Source of the DNA: Octopus sinensis
Taxonomy: Eukaryota
Direction of reading: 5' to 3'
DNA length: 49,622 nt
Assembly (NCBI RefSeq): GCF_006345805.1
Contig: NW_021835911.1
Span: 1 to 49,622, forward strand
Positions 13,349 through 27,482 of this stretch are shown piece after piece. The stretch's first letter is position 1, and every line of letters begins with the position of its first letter. The notes under the pieces are model-generated. The model was given only the letters and a program-made list of their open reading frames with translations, was not told the DNA's origin and made no database searches. The position numbers were made by a program, and so were the translations under genes.

Positions 13349-13509
13349 GTTCTGTTTAAGAGATGAGGAATTATGTACATTATTTACATTTGATGGATAT
13401 TAGTCCTCATCTTGTTTGTTGTTAACACAACGTTTCGGCTGATATACCCTCCAGCCTCCATCAGGTGTCTTGGGGAAATTTCGATCCTGAGTTCTCATTC
13501 CTAAGTTAT
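13349..13509 (-). mobile_element. tRNA-HHR SINE copy b (body only, no head or microsatellite)
   Basis: Body shared with copies a, c and d; HHR at 13424-13469. Confidence 0.8.
13424..13469 (-). ncRNA. Minimal type I hammerhead-like motif (A9>G)
   Basis: gacac CTGATGG a ggctg gagggtatat cagcc GAAAC GTT gtgtt. Confidence 0.65.
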
Positions 13510-14332
13510 TCTTCATATCAAAATTCTTAAGAATAGAGAATCCATCACAGTCGATACCGTAACCAGGAAGCGTATTCTTTGCAATATCAAATACATAAAT
13601 GTTAGCTACAATAAAATTGAAACCGGGAAACTCAGCAACAGGTGAAAAGCGAAGGGACGTGGTTATCATTGGTACCTGTAATCCTTTAACAATGCTCTGG
13701 CAATTTTGCAACTTTTCACCCGTGTCAAGCTTGTCCCCAGACCTGTGTCTCCCTTATTGGTCCTACGTGTTCATAACAGCATAGAAAAACTGCAGGCATC
13801 AAGTATGAGGAAATAAGGTATAGATGAAGCACCTGGCGTGGCAAGAGGAAAGTACAAGGTATTACTGGTGTGTGTACAGGTGTATAGCAAAAGTACGTTG
13901 AGCTGTAAAGAACAAAAATAAAATAAAAGTTTAAAGTAGAGGGAAGGTTTTGTCTAGGGAGAGTCATTTTTGCTAATATTATTAAACAAAGCAGTGTTAT
14001 TCTCGGCAGTTTACAGACAGAAAAATAAAAGTGCGTCAAAACAATTGGCTTACACTTTCACCAAATTGAACAAACAATCAATTAGTTGGATATTTAACGA
14101 ACTGACAAATAGTAAAGGAGAGTAATTAAACCAGTGCATGTGTTAGTAATGTTGGCGGAATGGCTCTCCCTAGATACAACTAAATTTGCTTCAACACATG
14201 AACCCACATAACAAATCTTGCAAACCAGATACATAAACGACACATAATATATATATATATATAATATTATATATATATATATATATATATAATACTATAT
14301 ATGTATATGTGTGTGTGTTTGTTGTATTTATA

Positions 14333-14724
14333 TACTCTTACTCTTTTACTTGTTTCAGTCATTTGACTGCAGCCATGCTGGAGCACCACCTTTAGTCGAG
14401 CAAATCGACCCTGGGACTTATTCTTTGTAAGCCCAGTACTTATTCTATCGGTCTCTTTTGCCGAACCGCTAAGTGACGGGGACGTAAACACACCAGCATC
14501 GGTTGTCAAGCAATGCTAGAGGGAAAAACACAGACAAGCAAACATATACACACACATAAATAAATATACATATATACGACAGGCTTCTTTCGGTTTCCGT
14601 CTACCAAATCCACTCACAAGGCTTTGGTCGGCCCGAGGCTATAGCAGAAGACACTTGCCCAAGATGCCACGCAGTGGGACTGAACCCGGAACCATGTGGC
14701 TGGTTAGCAAGCTAATTATCACAC
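14333..14724 (-). mobile_element. SINE family A, near full length
   Basis: Reverse complement closely matches 19435-19796. Confidence 0.85.
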
Positions 14725-15479
14725 AAGTATATATTATATATATGCATGCATATATATATACATACATATAAACATACACAGTCGCAACCATCAATCTATC
14801 TATCTAAATGTGTGTGTGTATATATATATGTATATATATATATATAAATATAATATATATATATATATACATATATACACCCAAACGCTTACAGGGACAT
14901 ACAGATATACATACATATGAACATACACAAACATCGAACTACCTATCTAACACTGTGTATGTATGTGTGTGATAGAAAATTGTACGAACGGCATTCTTCA
15001 TTATAATTCACTACAATTGTTTCGATGCCTTTTACACTTATAGTACATTGGTGAGATGTTATGTAATCATTATCACCCATCCTACATATAAATTGCTCCT
15101 CCTCAGGTGATTGTTTAAATAAGACCTTCGTTACACCCTACCATCATTTCAATCAGTGTGAGAATGCATGCCCAAAGCAGTGTATCCTTTTCAGGTGTTT
15201 ACACACAAAACAATATCCTGCGAGTGTAAAAATGCGTGAAAACAAATGTAGTTCAGTTTTTAATATAAAAGAATGTCATTCATTCAATTTTTTTAGCATT
15301 TATCTCTTTTCATAAACTGAACAGATGGTATGGAATTCCTGGTGAATATTCAGTAGCAGAAGCATTTCCAATATATGATGACACCAGGTAACCAATAACT
15401 GCGAACGAGCTTTGTACAGCATGATATAAGTTTTTTCTCGAATCTTATTTCACGCTATCTGGTTCCCTTCTCTTCTCTC

Positions 15480-15511
<32 letters not shown>

Positions 15512-15526
15512 ATATATATTATATAA

Positions 15527-15569
<43 letters not shown>

Positions 15570-15575
15570 TATATG

Positions 15576-15606
<31 letters not shown>

Positions 15607-15712
15607 ACATATGTAATAGATATAATATATATATATACAATAGATATTAATATAGATATATATATATATATAATATATATTATATATACATATATGTATA
15701 TATATATATATA

Positions 15713-15757
<45 letters not shown>

Positions 15758-16308
15758 TAATATATATATAATACATACATACATATATGTATGTGTGGCA
15801 TGTATGTATTATGTATGTTGTATATCCTGTATATACCAACAGTGTAATGCATAGATTTTGTCTTCCATGTGTACCAATCTCAGGGCATTGATTACCATAG
15901 AAACACTGTCACATATTAGTAAAGACTAACAAGACATGTCATAGCAAACTGTAACTCTACAACCGAGAGCCATTACTGCAAACATCATTTCAATATCATA
16001 TTTAAATTATTCTACATTGAATTGTTAAATTAATTATTCTAAATATTAAGAGCATCGCTGCACAGATTAAATTAAAACACCTGGACACCTTGCTGCAATT
16101 TGGTGAGATTCATTAACGGAACATCTAGTGTATTTTGCTAGTGTATATTCAAATCCGATTTATTAAGCAAACGCAAAACTATATCAGATGCTTCAAACAA
16201 AAAATGGGTCATAGGTATATAGCAGCTAAGATGCCTGCAAGACAAAGGTATATAGATGCAAACACATGTATATACACATGTGCGTATACCTATCTATCTA
16301 TCTATCTT

Positions 16309-16396
<88 letters not shown>

Positions 16397-16665
16397 CGTA
16401 TCTATCTGTTTATCTAACTATCTATCCATGTATGTATAGAGTTGGAGACAGTTTGACCAAGCAAAAATAAATATCGAAAAAAAAACGCATTTGGACAAAC
16501 TTGGACATACGACAGTTTAACATAATAATTACGATGCACACATACACATATATATATATGTATGTATATATATATATACATTATATATACGTATATAAAT
16601 ATGTATATATATATATATGCATATATATGTATATATATATATATATGTATATGTATATATCTATC

Positions 16666-16699
<34 letters not shown>

Positions 16700-16711
16700 C
16701 GTGGAGAGAGA

Positions 16712-16747
<36 letters not shown>

Positions 16748-16899
16748 AATGTTTACATACGCCGCTGTATGTTATATATAAAAATACAATATGGGACAAG
16801 AACATAAAACATGCAGAGAGTTAGGTGATGCAAAAAAGGGACAACAAAACACCCAGATAGACGATACAAAGAAAACAAGGACGAGTCATTCCGAGTTCT

Positions 16900-17262
16900 C
16901 TTTCCTCACTCGAGTTCCAGATTATGTTTGCAATTTCGGCTGGTTATACTCGAGATTGCTCCAATCTGGCCAGCCCCAAGGAAAAACTAAGCTAAGAACA
17001 TTAGATTCTTTGGAAGAAAGCAGCGAATGTATACGAAAACAAGGACGGGAAAAAACGGCGAAAGTTACACAAATGCAAATAACAACAGATGTCTATCGAC
17101 TAAGGACGAACTAAATTAAGCTGGCGTGTGTAGAAGTGAAGCCTTACGGCAAGGACATAAGAGATGACAGGCATGGGGAAGAATATCGATATTCCTGCCT
17201 GTGCCTGTGAAATCTATTTTGTATTACTAACTGTCTGGGTTTTGCGTTCCTATCCCATATAT

Positions 17263-17305
<43 letters not shown>

Positions 17306-17515
17306 GTAATAAATACAAACTGGGACAAGAAGCAAAACATTAGAATGCGATACAAAAAACACGGACGGAACATTCAGTCAAGAACCGGATCATCATCGCA
17401 ATTTCGGCTGATTAATCTTGAGATTGCTCTGATCTGGCCAACCCCAAAGGAAAATCTAAGCCTCGAATGTATACAAAACAAGGACGGAAAAACGGACGAT
17501 GTTACACGAATAAGA
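16900..17515. repeat. Unclassified dispersed repeat: diverged direct copies at about 16900-17075 and 17385-17515, plus a block related to 11790-11885
   Basis: gcaatttcggctg..gagattgctc..atctggcca.cccca shared; 17096-17154 is the reverse complement of 11828-11885. Confidence 0.7.
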
Positions 17516-17817
17516 ATACAAAAATACGTAAAAACAATAATGATAATAATAATAACAAAAACAGGACGTCACAGACATATATATATATAACCATCCATCC
17601 ACTACTGGTTGCATTGCCTTGGCTTTTTTCACACTTTTGCACACTCCATCTCACATTACAACTATTAAGTAAGCGCTTTCTCTCCTTAGTTGTCTATAGA
17701 TTTTGTACTCCATGTAAATATGTTCTCTTCATATATTAACATCGATACGCTCTCACGGAATGTTTCTTCTGGTGAATATTTTCAATTTTCACCTCACTTT
17801 ATATATATACATATATA

Positions 17818-17900
<83 letters not shown>

Positions 17901-17901
17901 C

Positions 17902-17950
<49 letters not shown>

Positions 17951-17984
17951 AGTTTATATATATACATATATATACATATATATC

Positions 17985-18017
<33 letters not shown>

Positions 18018-18411
18018 GTATACACCCATATATATGCATGTATATGTACGTATATTCACATATCAATCCCAAGCGTTTTTCTTTCGTTATCTTTCGCTTT
18101 CTGTGTGTGTGTGTGTGTGTGTATAATGTTGGTGTGGATGTATACATGTATACATCTATATTTATTCATATTTTTGTATAGTCACACCGACACTCAATTT
18201 GGGTATGTATAGATATGTTTGTGGTTGCGCACGTTATTGTTCATGTGTGTGTAGGTGTGTGTGTGTGTGTGTGGTGTGTGTGTGTGTGTGTGTGTGTGTG
18301 TCCGTGAGTTGTTAGATGAACATCTATATATGCTTCATATATTCGCGTGAATATACATGCATAAAAACACAAACTTATATAAAGATATGCATATTTTACA
18401 TACATACCTAA

Positions 18412-18463
<52 letters not shown>

Positions 18464-18650
18464 TATATACAAATATATACATATATATATATATATGCAT
18501 ATATATGTGTGTCTGTGTACATAGATTCCTCTACTAAATTTATCTTATATATATATGCATATATATATACATATATAAAAATGTATATATATATATACGT
18601 GTATATATATTATATATATTTTATATATATATATACTATATATATATGTG

Positions 18651-18682
<32 letters not shown>

Positions 18683-18821
18683 TTATATATATATATATAT
18701 ATATGAATGTATATATATATATATAAGTATATGCAAATGAAATTATTTTATATATTTATATAAGTATATTATTTATATACAACCCTGATACAAACTTGCA
18801 GACTCACACATATATCTATAT

Positions 18822-18854
<33 letters not shown>

Positions 18855-19434
18855 CTACCTATGTGTGTGCGCAAACATATCTATAGTTAGAGAGAAGTGA
18901 TAGTAATCTAGCATTAAATATTCATTATGGACATAAATTTCTTATATCCTTACATTACTATCTACATATAACCTGCGGCTTTACGAAGCTATCGTATTCA
19001 ATGTATGTATGGATATAATTATTTCTCAGTCTTACAACAAATATGGCGGAAACAGTGAAGTTACTGATTCTGTCTTTCAATAATATGTGCTGAATACCCA
19101 AAGACCTATGATACTGAAGACACTGGCATTTCGTGTGTTGGGTGTTATTTACCCAACATATTTCTCGACGTTGTATACAGGTGCAGTTCTTTGCAGCATA
19201 GTGGTACCGGGCTCGGTCCCACTGCGTGTCATCTTCTACAAGTGCACCTTCTGTTGCCTCTGACTTACCAATTTCTTCTGAATGAATCTTGTGGACATAG
19301 TCGGCATGGACGCCGTTCGTATACATAGTTACATATGTACATACATATATGTATATGTATCCTTCTCTCTCTCTCTCTCTCTCTCCTCTCCTCTCTCTCT
19401 CTCTCTTATATATATTATATATATATATATATAT

Positions 19435-19796
19435 ACAGGAGTGGCTGTGTGGTTAGTAGCTTGCTAACCAACCACACGGTTGCGGGTTCAGTCCCACTAC
19501 GTGGCACCTTGGGCAAGTGTCTTCTGCTATAGCCCCGGGCCGACCAATGCCTTGTGAGTGGATTTGGTAGACGGAAACTGAAAGAAGCCTGTTGTATATA
19601 TGTATATATATGTATATGTGTGTGTGTTTGTGTGTCTGTGTTTGTCTCCCTAGCATTGCTTGACAACCGATGCTGGTGTGTTTACGTCCCCGTCACTTAG
19701 CGGTCCGGCAAAAAGAGACCGATAGAATAAGTACTAAAGGTGGTGCTCCAGCATGGCCGCAGTCAAATGACTGAAACAAGTAAAAGAGTAAAAGAG
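19435..19796 (+). mobile_element. SINE family A, full length (small internal deletion)
   Basis: caggagtggctgtgtggttag A-box region, gggttcagtccc B-box-like, internal (AT/GT)n, gtaaaagagtaaaagag tail. Confidence 0.85.
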
Positions 19797-20175
19797 AGAG
19801 AGTATATATTTAATTATAAAATGAAGGAAAGAAAAACAAAAAAAGAAGAAAGCGTAGCATAAACAATGTATTAATATGAAGCTCAGGGAAGGGAAAGTAT
19901 AGTAGCTGTTTCATATTCGAGCATCGCTCCTCTTCAGAAAACAAGCAAAACATGGAAGTCCAAAGGCAAGAAGAAAGGAGGAAAAAGCCCTAATAATGAA
20001 CGTGCAGTTACATATATATATATATATATTCCGATGGCATTTATAGTGTTAAACACTTTCGTTATGCAAATTAGCGACCCGTTCACATTTGTTACATTTG
20101 TTACATTCACTACATTTGTTGAGTATATAAAGTTTGGCTTCTTGTTTCTCTGGAGACTGTCAGAATGCTGTAGAC

Positions 20176-20218
20176 GCCTCCGATGAGAACCCAATATATT
20201 TCGAAAATCGATTCAGGT
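20176..20218 (+). ncRNA. Minimal type I hammerhead-like motif, CCGATGA core
   Basis: gcct CCGATGA gaa cccaatatat ttc GAAA atcgat TC aggt; stem III is the palindrome AATCGATT. Confidence 0.55.
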
Positions 20219-20402
20219 TGTTCTTCGTTTTTGCAGTCCGCGGAGAAATAGATAAAAAAAGCCATGTTTATAATCATACCATAAGTTATATATACATATT
20301 CATATATATATAATACATATACACATTCATATATGTATATATATATGTATGTGTAAATACATATATACCTACATATATGTACTTGTGTATGTATAATGTA
20401 TG

Positions 20403-20458
<56 letters not shown>

Positions 20459-20530
20459 TTACATATATATATATACATACATATATACATATACATATAT
20501 ATCTATATATATATATATTATATTTATATT

Positions 20531-20594
<64 letters not shown>

Positions 20595-20724
20595 TTAGCA
20601 ATTAAGGACAACTACTAATAAGGAAAACTTAACAAGAAATTGTCAGGTAGATAGCGTGAAAGACCTCATAAGAAAAAAATTTCGAAAATAATTATTTCTT
20701 ATTGAACATATTAATTTATATATA

Positions 20725-20952
20725 GAGGGCATTATACATACATGCCAGAGGGCATTATACATACATGCCCACGCTAAGAGGGACAATTAGTCATTTCTAC
20801 CAAAAATTTACTAATCCCACCGAATGCAATTTTTCAAAAGTAAGACATTTAAAATCGGTGGGATTAGTAAAAGTTTTGGTAGAAATGACTAATTGTCCCT
20901 CTTAGCGTGTGGCATGTATGTATAATGCCCTCTGGCATGTATGTATAATGCC

Positions 20953-20955
<3 letters not shown>
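20725..20955. mobile_element. Fold-back MITE with about 100-bp inverted arms in a TA context
   Basis: 20725-20823 inverted vs 20855-20955, 31-bp spacer; each arm has a tandem agagggcattatacatacatgcc repeat. Confidence 0.85.
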
Positions 20956-20995
<40 letters not shown>

Positions 20996-21003
20996 ACACA
21001 CAT

Positions 21004-21327
21004 GTGGAAGTACTCCATCGGTTACGACGACGAGGGTTCCGGTTGATCCGATCAACGGAAGAGCCTGCTCGTGAAATTAACGTGTAAGTGGCTGAGCACT
21101 CCACAAACACGTGTACCCTTAACGTAGTTCTCGGGGATATTCAGCGTGACACAGAGAGTGACAAGGCCGGCCCTTTGAAATACAGGTACAACAGAAACAG
21201 GAAGTAAGAGTGAGAGAAAGCCGGAGCCTCGTGGAACTTTATGTGTTTTCGCTCAATATACACTCACAAACCGCGATCCTAAGACCGCGAGTCCGCTGCC
21301 CTAACCACTGGGCCATTACGCCTCCAT
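21004..21327 (-). mobile_element. SINE family B with internal deletions
   Basis: Near-identical to 12182-12565. Confidence 0.85.
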
Positions 21328-22100
21328 ACACACATATATATAATATATATATATAATATATATATATATAAATGCACATATATATACATACATGTATATG
21401 TATATCTTGGTATCTATGTTAGACCTATGTTAGGCCATTTTAGGTTCCTGTATTTCAGTACTTTTGCACACGAGAAACCGAAACTGTAAGTACAAGGCTT
21501 AAAGGCATCTACTACGAATGTCGATTTCTTCTACTAAACCTTTCAAAATGGTGTACTAGCATGGCTGCAGGCCAGAGACTGATGCAAGCGAAAGATTGAA
21601 AAAAATGACTGACCCTGCGTCACACCAAATACTTGATCTATTACGTTTTCAATTTAAAGTAAATACTTATAGGTGACACACTAAAACTGTCGTAATTTTT
21701 TTTTGAGCGGACGGGAGCAATACGAAATGAAATACCTTGCTCAAGAACACGTTGAGCTAGTTCAGTGAAGAGGGCTCATAAGGTAGAACATTTACCGTAC
21801 TTTCATGAACTAATAACATTGTGATTACCTCTCCTCTCTGCTCTTTTTCATAAGAATTTGCCATGAGTTTGATTAATCTTTCTTTTCGGCAGCTGTATAA
21901 TTTAGATTAATTAAAATCATTACTTAATTAGGCTGGCAACGATATTACCATTTGCAACTTCAATCTTCGCTAAATCGTAATTATATAGGAATGAAATATT
22001 TTTGATATTTAGGATGATTATCGTCTTAAAGTGAAATAAACTAGCACGAGCTTAGCGAGTTCGTCTAAATTCATGCAAATTCGTTGTTACTTCTTGATTC

Positions 22101-22190
<90 letters not shown>

Positions 22191-22324
22191 TGTGTGTGTG
22201 TAGGTGTGTGTATGTATGTATATATATATGCATGTATATATATATATATTATATATATATATATATACATGTATAGATAGATAGATAGCTATAGATATAG
22301 ATATCGATATACACAGATATACAT

Positions 22325-22770
22325 AGCCGCAGGAGTGGCTGTGTGGTAAGTAACTTGCTTACCAACCGCATGGTTCCGGCCTCAGTCCCACTGCGTGGCA
22401 CCTTGGCCAACTGCCTTCCACTATAGCCTCGGACCGACCAAAGCCTTGTGAGTTGATTTGAAAGAAACCCGTCGATATATATATATATGTGTGTATGTGT
22501 ATGTGTGTGTGTATGTGTGTGTGTTTTTGCGCGCGCGTGTGTGTGTGTGAGTGTGTGCATATTCGTATGCATGTGTGTGTGTTTGTGTGTCTGTATTTGT
22601 TCCCCTTGACAACCGATGTTGGTGAGTTTACGTCCCCGTAAGTTATCAGTTCGGCAAAAGTGACCGATAGAATAAGTACTAGGCTTTCAAAAATGTTCTG
22701 GGGTCGATTTGCTCGACTAAAGCCGTTGCTCCAGTATAGCCGCAGTAAAATGACTGAAACCAACAAGAAA
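22325..22770 (+). mobile_element. SINE family A, full length
   Basis: gcaggagtggctgtgtggtaag head through aatgactgaaac tail. Confidence 0.85.
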
Positions 22771-24275
22771 GAATATATGTATACATACATAGATACATAC
22801 ATCAGTTTCAATCGTTTTGTAAGTCTGGTAATTATTATATCGGCCGCATTTACCGGACCGTTAGCTTACGGGAACGTAAACAAGCTAACGCCGGCCGGCA
22901 AGCAGTAGGGTTAATAAACACAGGCACACTTACCCGCACGCACATACAGATATATATTTGTGCATGCGAAAGGATTCGCACAGTTTCCCTGATCAAATCC
23001 ACTCACATGATATTGATCGACCCGACTCTATAGTAGGACATGAGCTGGAAACCACGTGATTGTAAAGCAAAGCATGCCTCACGATAATTAGTGATTGAAC
23101 GTTCATGCTTGCTGTATGCGCAAGTATAGTTATGTGCTTAAGAACATCACTCTGCTCGCACTTCGTCTCTGGTTCGATCCCGTGGAGTGAAATGCTGTGT
23201 AAGTGTCTTCCTAGAACAGTCACATTTCGGCTAATGGTAATGATTTGAATTGCTTGATGGCTTGATGGAAGTAGTACAATAACCCACGATCCACACACAT
23301 AGTATTATAGTGGGTTGCTGAAACATGTGTAGGTCTATGTAAAGCTATATATATAAACAGATTATTCTACTTTATAATAAACGTTACTATTATTATTGTT
23401 GATATTATATACTCCAGGAAACCTATATAGTTAAGGTAATATATTCAGGATTATCCAACGAATATATCTCTAAATTCCTATCTTACGCGAATATTATTGG
23501 ATCTATATATTAACTATAGAATAATATATTTGGATTACCTATTTGAGAGCAAACCGGTAAACTTTTGAAGCAAACCCATACTATTTGCAAAAATATACAT
23601 ACATACATGCATATATATATATATGTGTGTGTGTGTGTATTTGTGTGTGTGTCTATGTATGTGTGTGTGTGCTTGTATTTATGTCCGTATGTCAGTTTAT
23701 ATGTATTTGTCTCGATACGTGTCTTGAAAAAACTTTCTTCACCCAGCGATGCGGTGAAATGGTTTTGATGTCGATATGGTAGACTATTACCCACTAAGGA
23801 CGTATACAAACATTGCTGCTATGCAGTGACTGAAAGAAATAAAAGAATAAAAGAATAAACATGAGAGCTTGTTGCAGAGAATATTTTCAATGACTTAAAA
23901 TAACCTAAGCCACAACAAATAACAGTCAACAGCGAAAATAACACATTGTTTGTTAGGGTAGTTTATCAAAAGATAAAGAATGTACAAAAAGGATAGAATT
24001 ATGAGAGGAATAGATAAAAAAAAAAGTAGGGGAAGCATGCGGGGAGGACGGGAAATAAAAATACGAACTTACACAAGCATATATGTATGTCTAATTATAT
24101 ATATTTATATACATACGCATACGCATGCGCACACACACAGATCGCATCACACAGCTCTGATAAGCATGTTGAATCACTCTGTGTTTACAAATAAATAAAG
24201 GTCTATGAGTTCAATGGTTGGCAAAAGATATATACATAGATAAATGCATATATGTATGCCTGTGTATATATATAT

Positions 24276-24317
<42 letters not shown>

Positions 24318-24764
24318 GAGTCAGTGTGTATACACACACTGATTCATACAGATACATATACATACATACGTATATGTGTGTATGTGTGTGTGTGTGTGAG
24401 TGTATATGTATGCATTTTGTCTGTATAAAATGTTGTTGCTTGTATATGTTATCGTGGTCGCGTAAATTTTCTATAACTAGAGGTGGAGAGAGAAGGATAG
24501 TGAGAAAGATAGACACAGAGACGTAAGAGAGGGAGATAGACAGACAGACAGTCATACAGTCAGAGAAACGCGTGAGTTACGACGAGACAGGTTTGCGTAT
24601 GTATATGGCACCAGAGACTAAAATGATGATGAGGATGATGATGAGAAAGAAGGGGAGGAGAACGGGGACGAGGAAGAGTTCAAGGAGGTGGGGAGGACGA
24701 GTAGGACGTCGAGAAGGTGGTCGAAGAGGAGGAGGAGGGAGGAGGAAGGAGGATGATGCGATGA

Positions 24765-25087
24765 ATGAAGAAGAAGAAGAAAAAGGAAAAAGAAGAAGAA
24801 GGAAAAAGAAGAAAAGAAGAAGGAGGTGAAGAAGAAGAAGGGAAAAGAAGAAGAAAAGGAAGGAGAAGAAGAAGAAGAAAAGAAGAAAAGGAAGAAGAAG
24901 AAGAAGAAGAAGAAGAAGGAAAAAGAAGAAGAAAAGGAAGAAGAAGAAGAAGAAGAAGAAGAAAAAGAAGAAGAAAACGAAGAAGAAGAAGAAGAAGAAG
25001 AAAAGAAGAAGAAGAAGAAGAAGAAAAGAAGAAGAAGAAGAAGAAGAAGAAGAAGAAGAGGAAGGAGAAGAAGAAGAAAAAGAAGGG
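24765..25087. repeat. (GAA)n-dominated polypurine tract, about 320 bp
   Basis: Almost purely A/G on the + strand. Confidence 0.95.
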
Positions 25088-25649
25088 TAACTGTGTAGGG
25101 GCGAACACGAAATAAGATTACCGATCGATCGATCGATTTATCGCTGGATGGTGAGGCGTTAATGTTGGGTGTGGTTGTTGTTGTTGTTGTTTTTGTTGTT
25201 GTTTAGAAAAAAGGCAGACCAACAAGCGGTGTAGGTTAATAGTGGAATCGATGCATGCTTCTTTAGAAATAACAACACATCACAGAAATTGGAATCGTGT
25301 AATTATCATTTATTGCTTTGATAGAAAACTATTTTTAGCCATTTTCCCTATCAGTTATGCAGAAAACGCGATGAATCCGAACGTTCAAAGAAAGAATTCA
25401 TCACACACCAACACTGCAGTGCAACAGGATGTCTCCTTCTACTTTAAGAAGTTTCCTTGGTTTTTTTTTTATTCCTTGTTTCTAGTTTGTGTTTTTTTTT
25501 ATTTGGTTTGCTGTTTAATGTGTGTTTGTGGGTGTTTGGTTCTTTGTTTTAATTTTCATTCCGCATCTTTCTTTCCCCCTCTATTTCTATATACGTGTGT
25601 ATACACACACACACACTCAAATATGCATACATAGATACATACATTAATT

Positions 25650-25695
<46 letters not shown>

Positions 25696-25766
25696 ATATA
25701 CAGATGTAGGTATATCATTATACGTATATAGACGCATAAATATATATATATTTTACACAAATATAT

Positions 25767-25808
<42 letters not shown>

Positions 25809-25917
25809 CATACACACACATACATATATTTGTGTGTATAGATACATTTACGTGTATATGTCCATATATTTGTGTGTGCATATATATATATATACATATA
25901 TACATATACATGTAAAT

Positions 25918-25956
<39 letters not shown>

Positions 25957-26017
25957 TGTGTATACACTACACACACACGCACGCATTTATGTATATATAT
26001 GAGTATATATATATATG

Positions 26018-26075
<58 letters not shown>

Positions 26076-26088
26076 ATATATATATATA

Positions 26089-26143
<55 letters not shown>

Positions 26144-26309
26144 ATAATATATATTATCTGTATATATTGTTATATAAGCAGCGATTGATGCATCTTACAA
26201 CAATGCAATAATGTTGGACAACATACCAGCGATAAAGTAAGTAGTTATCGTTGTACTTATAGGAATGGCTAGACATTATATATGTGCACAGTAATGGACA
26301 TTGGTGTCT

Positions 26310-26599
26310 CTTGATGGTGGTGGTGGAGGTGGCGGTGGAGGTGGTGGCCATGGTGTTGGTGGTGTTGAGGAAAGTGGTATTGACGGTGATGATGATGATA
26401 ATGATGATGATGATGACGACGACTACGAAATTGATGATGATTATGATGGTGATGATAATAATGATGATGGTGGTGATGATGGCGGTGATGATCGTGATGA
26501 TGATGGCGATGGTAAAGTTAGGTCTGTAACTCTGTATCTGAGTGGAATCGCCTGCAAATTTCGTACTACCAGAATGACTTACTATTACTGCTGCAGCTG

Positions 26600-26640
<41 letters not shown>

Positions 26641-26832
26641 GCTACCACTACTGCTACCAATACCACCACCACCTCCACAACCACCACCACCAACAACAAC
26701 AACAATACTACTACTACTACTACTACCACTACTACTGCTACTATTACTACTACTACTACTACTAATATTACAATTACTACTACTTCTACAACTACTACTA
26801 TCACTACTGCTTCTGCTGCTGCCACTACTATA

Positions 26833-26866
<34 letters not shown>

Positions 26867-26954
26867 TTACTACTACTACTACAATTACTACTACTTCTAC
26901 AACTACTACTACTATCACTACTGCTGCTGCCACTACTACTATAACTGCTGCTGT

Positions 26955-26989
<35 letters not shown>

Positions 26990-27030
26990 TTACTACTACT
27001 ACTACTAATACTACAAATACTACTACTGTT
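26310..27030. repeat. (GAT/GGT)n followed by (TAC)n microsatellite block
   Basis: Direct inspection. Confidence 0.9.
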
Positions 27031-27482
27031 ACTGCTGTTGCTGATCTTCTACTGCCGCTGCTGCAGTCGTCAAAACTGTCTCATGCTCACGTTTTACTGC
27101 ACAGATCCGACTTGTTGCCGGCAAGACGTGAACTACGTCGACCTCAACGTTGAAGACAATGAGCACCCGTTTTATGGACATTGCTGTAGTCAACTGTCAA
27201 TCACAGAACATAACACAGAAAGATTCAGGGACCGCCTTCAGTCCGAAAACCATAATGTTATCTTCCTCTTTCTGTTGCTTTTTCTTCACACGAACACCAC
27301 ACACTTTTTTCCTCACACCCCGGCTCACACATATATACATAAAGGCGTGAAACTATAATGATCTTTCAGACGTTGACTGATGAAGGGTTCGCTATGAATC
27401 TTCTGTTATGTCTTTGTAAAAATTTTGTTGTGTTCTTGTGAAATTGTTGTGTTTTTGTTAAATTTTTAAAATATGCAAAAAT

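Noticed and set aside
18958-19326. 122-aa minus-strand ORF (MYTNGVHADY...) with a gtaagt donor-like site
   Set aside because: 19200-19325 aligns on the + strand to a degenerate SINE family A head; no acceptor and no recognisable domain
21450-21495. Apparent 27-nt microexon ag|TACTTTTGCACACGAGAAACCGAAACT|gtaagt
   Set aside because: The segment and its downstream flank align to the 3' module of SINE family A; exonisation would need RNA-seq evidence
27370-27400. CTGATGA AGGGTTC gctat GAATCTT as a hammerhead
   Set aside because: A hairpin is present but there is no GAAA core or cleavage triplet
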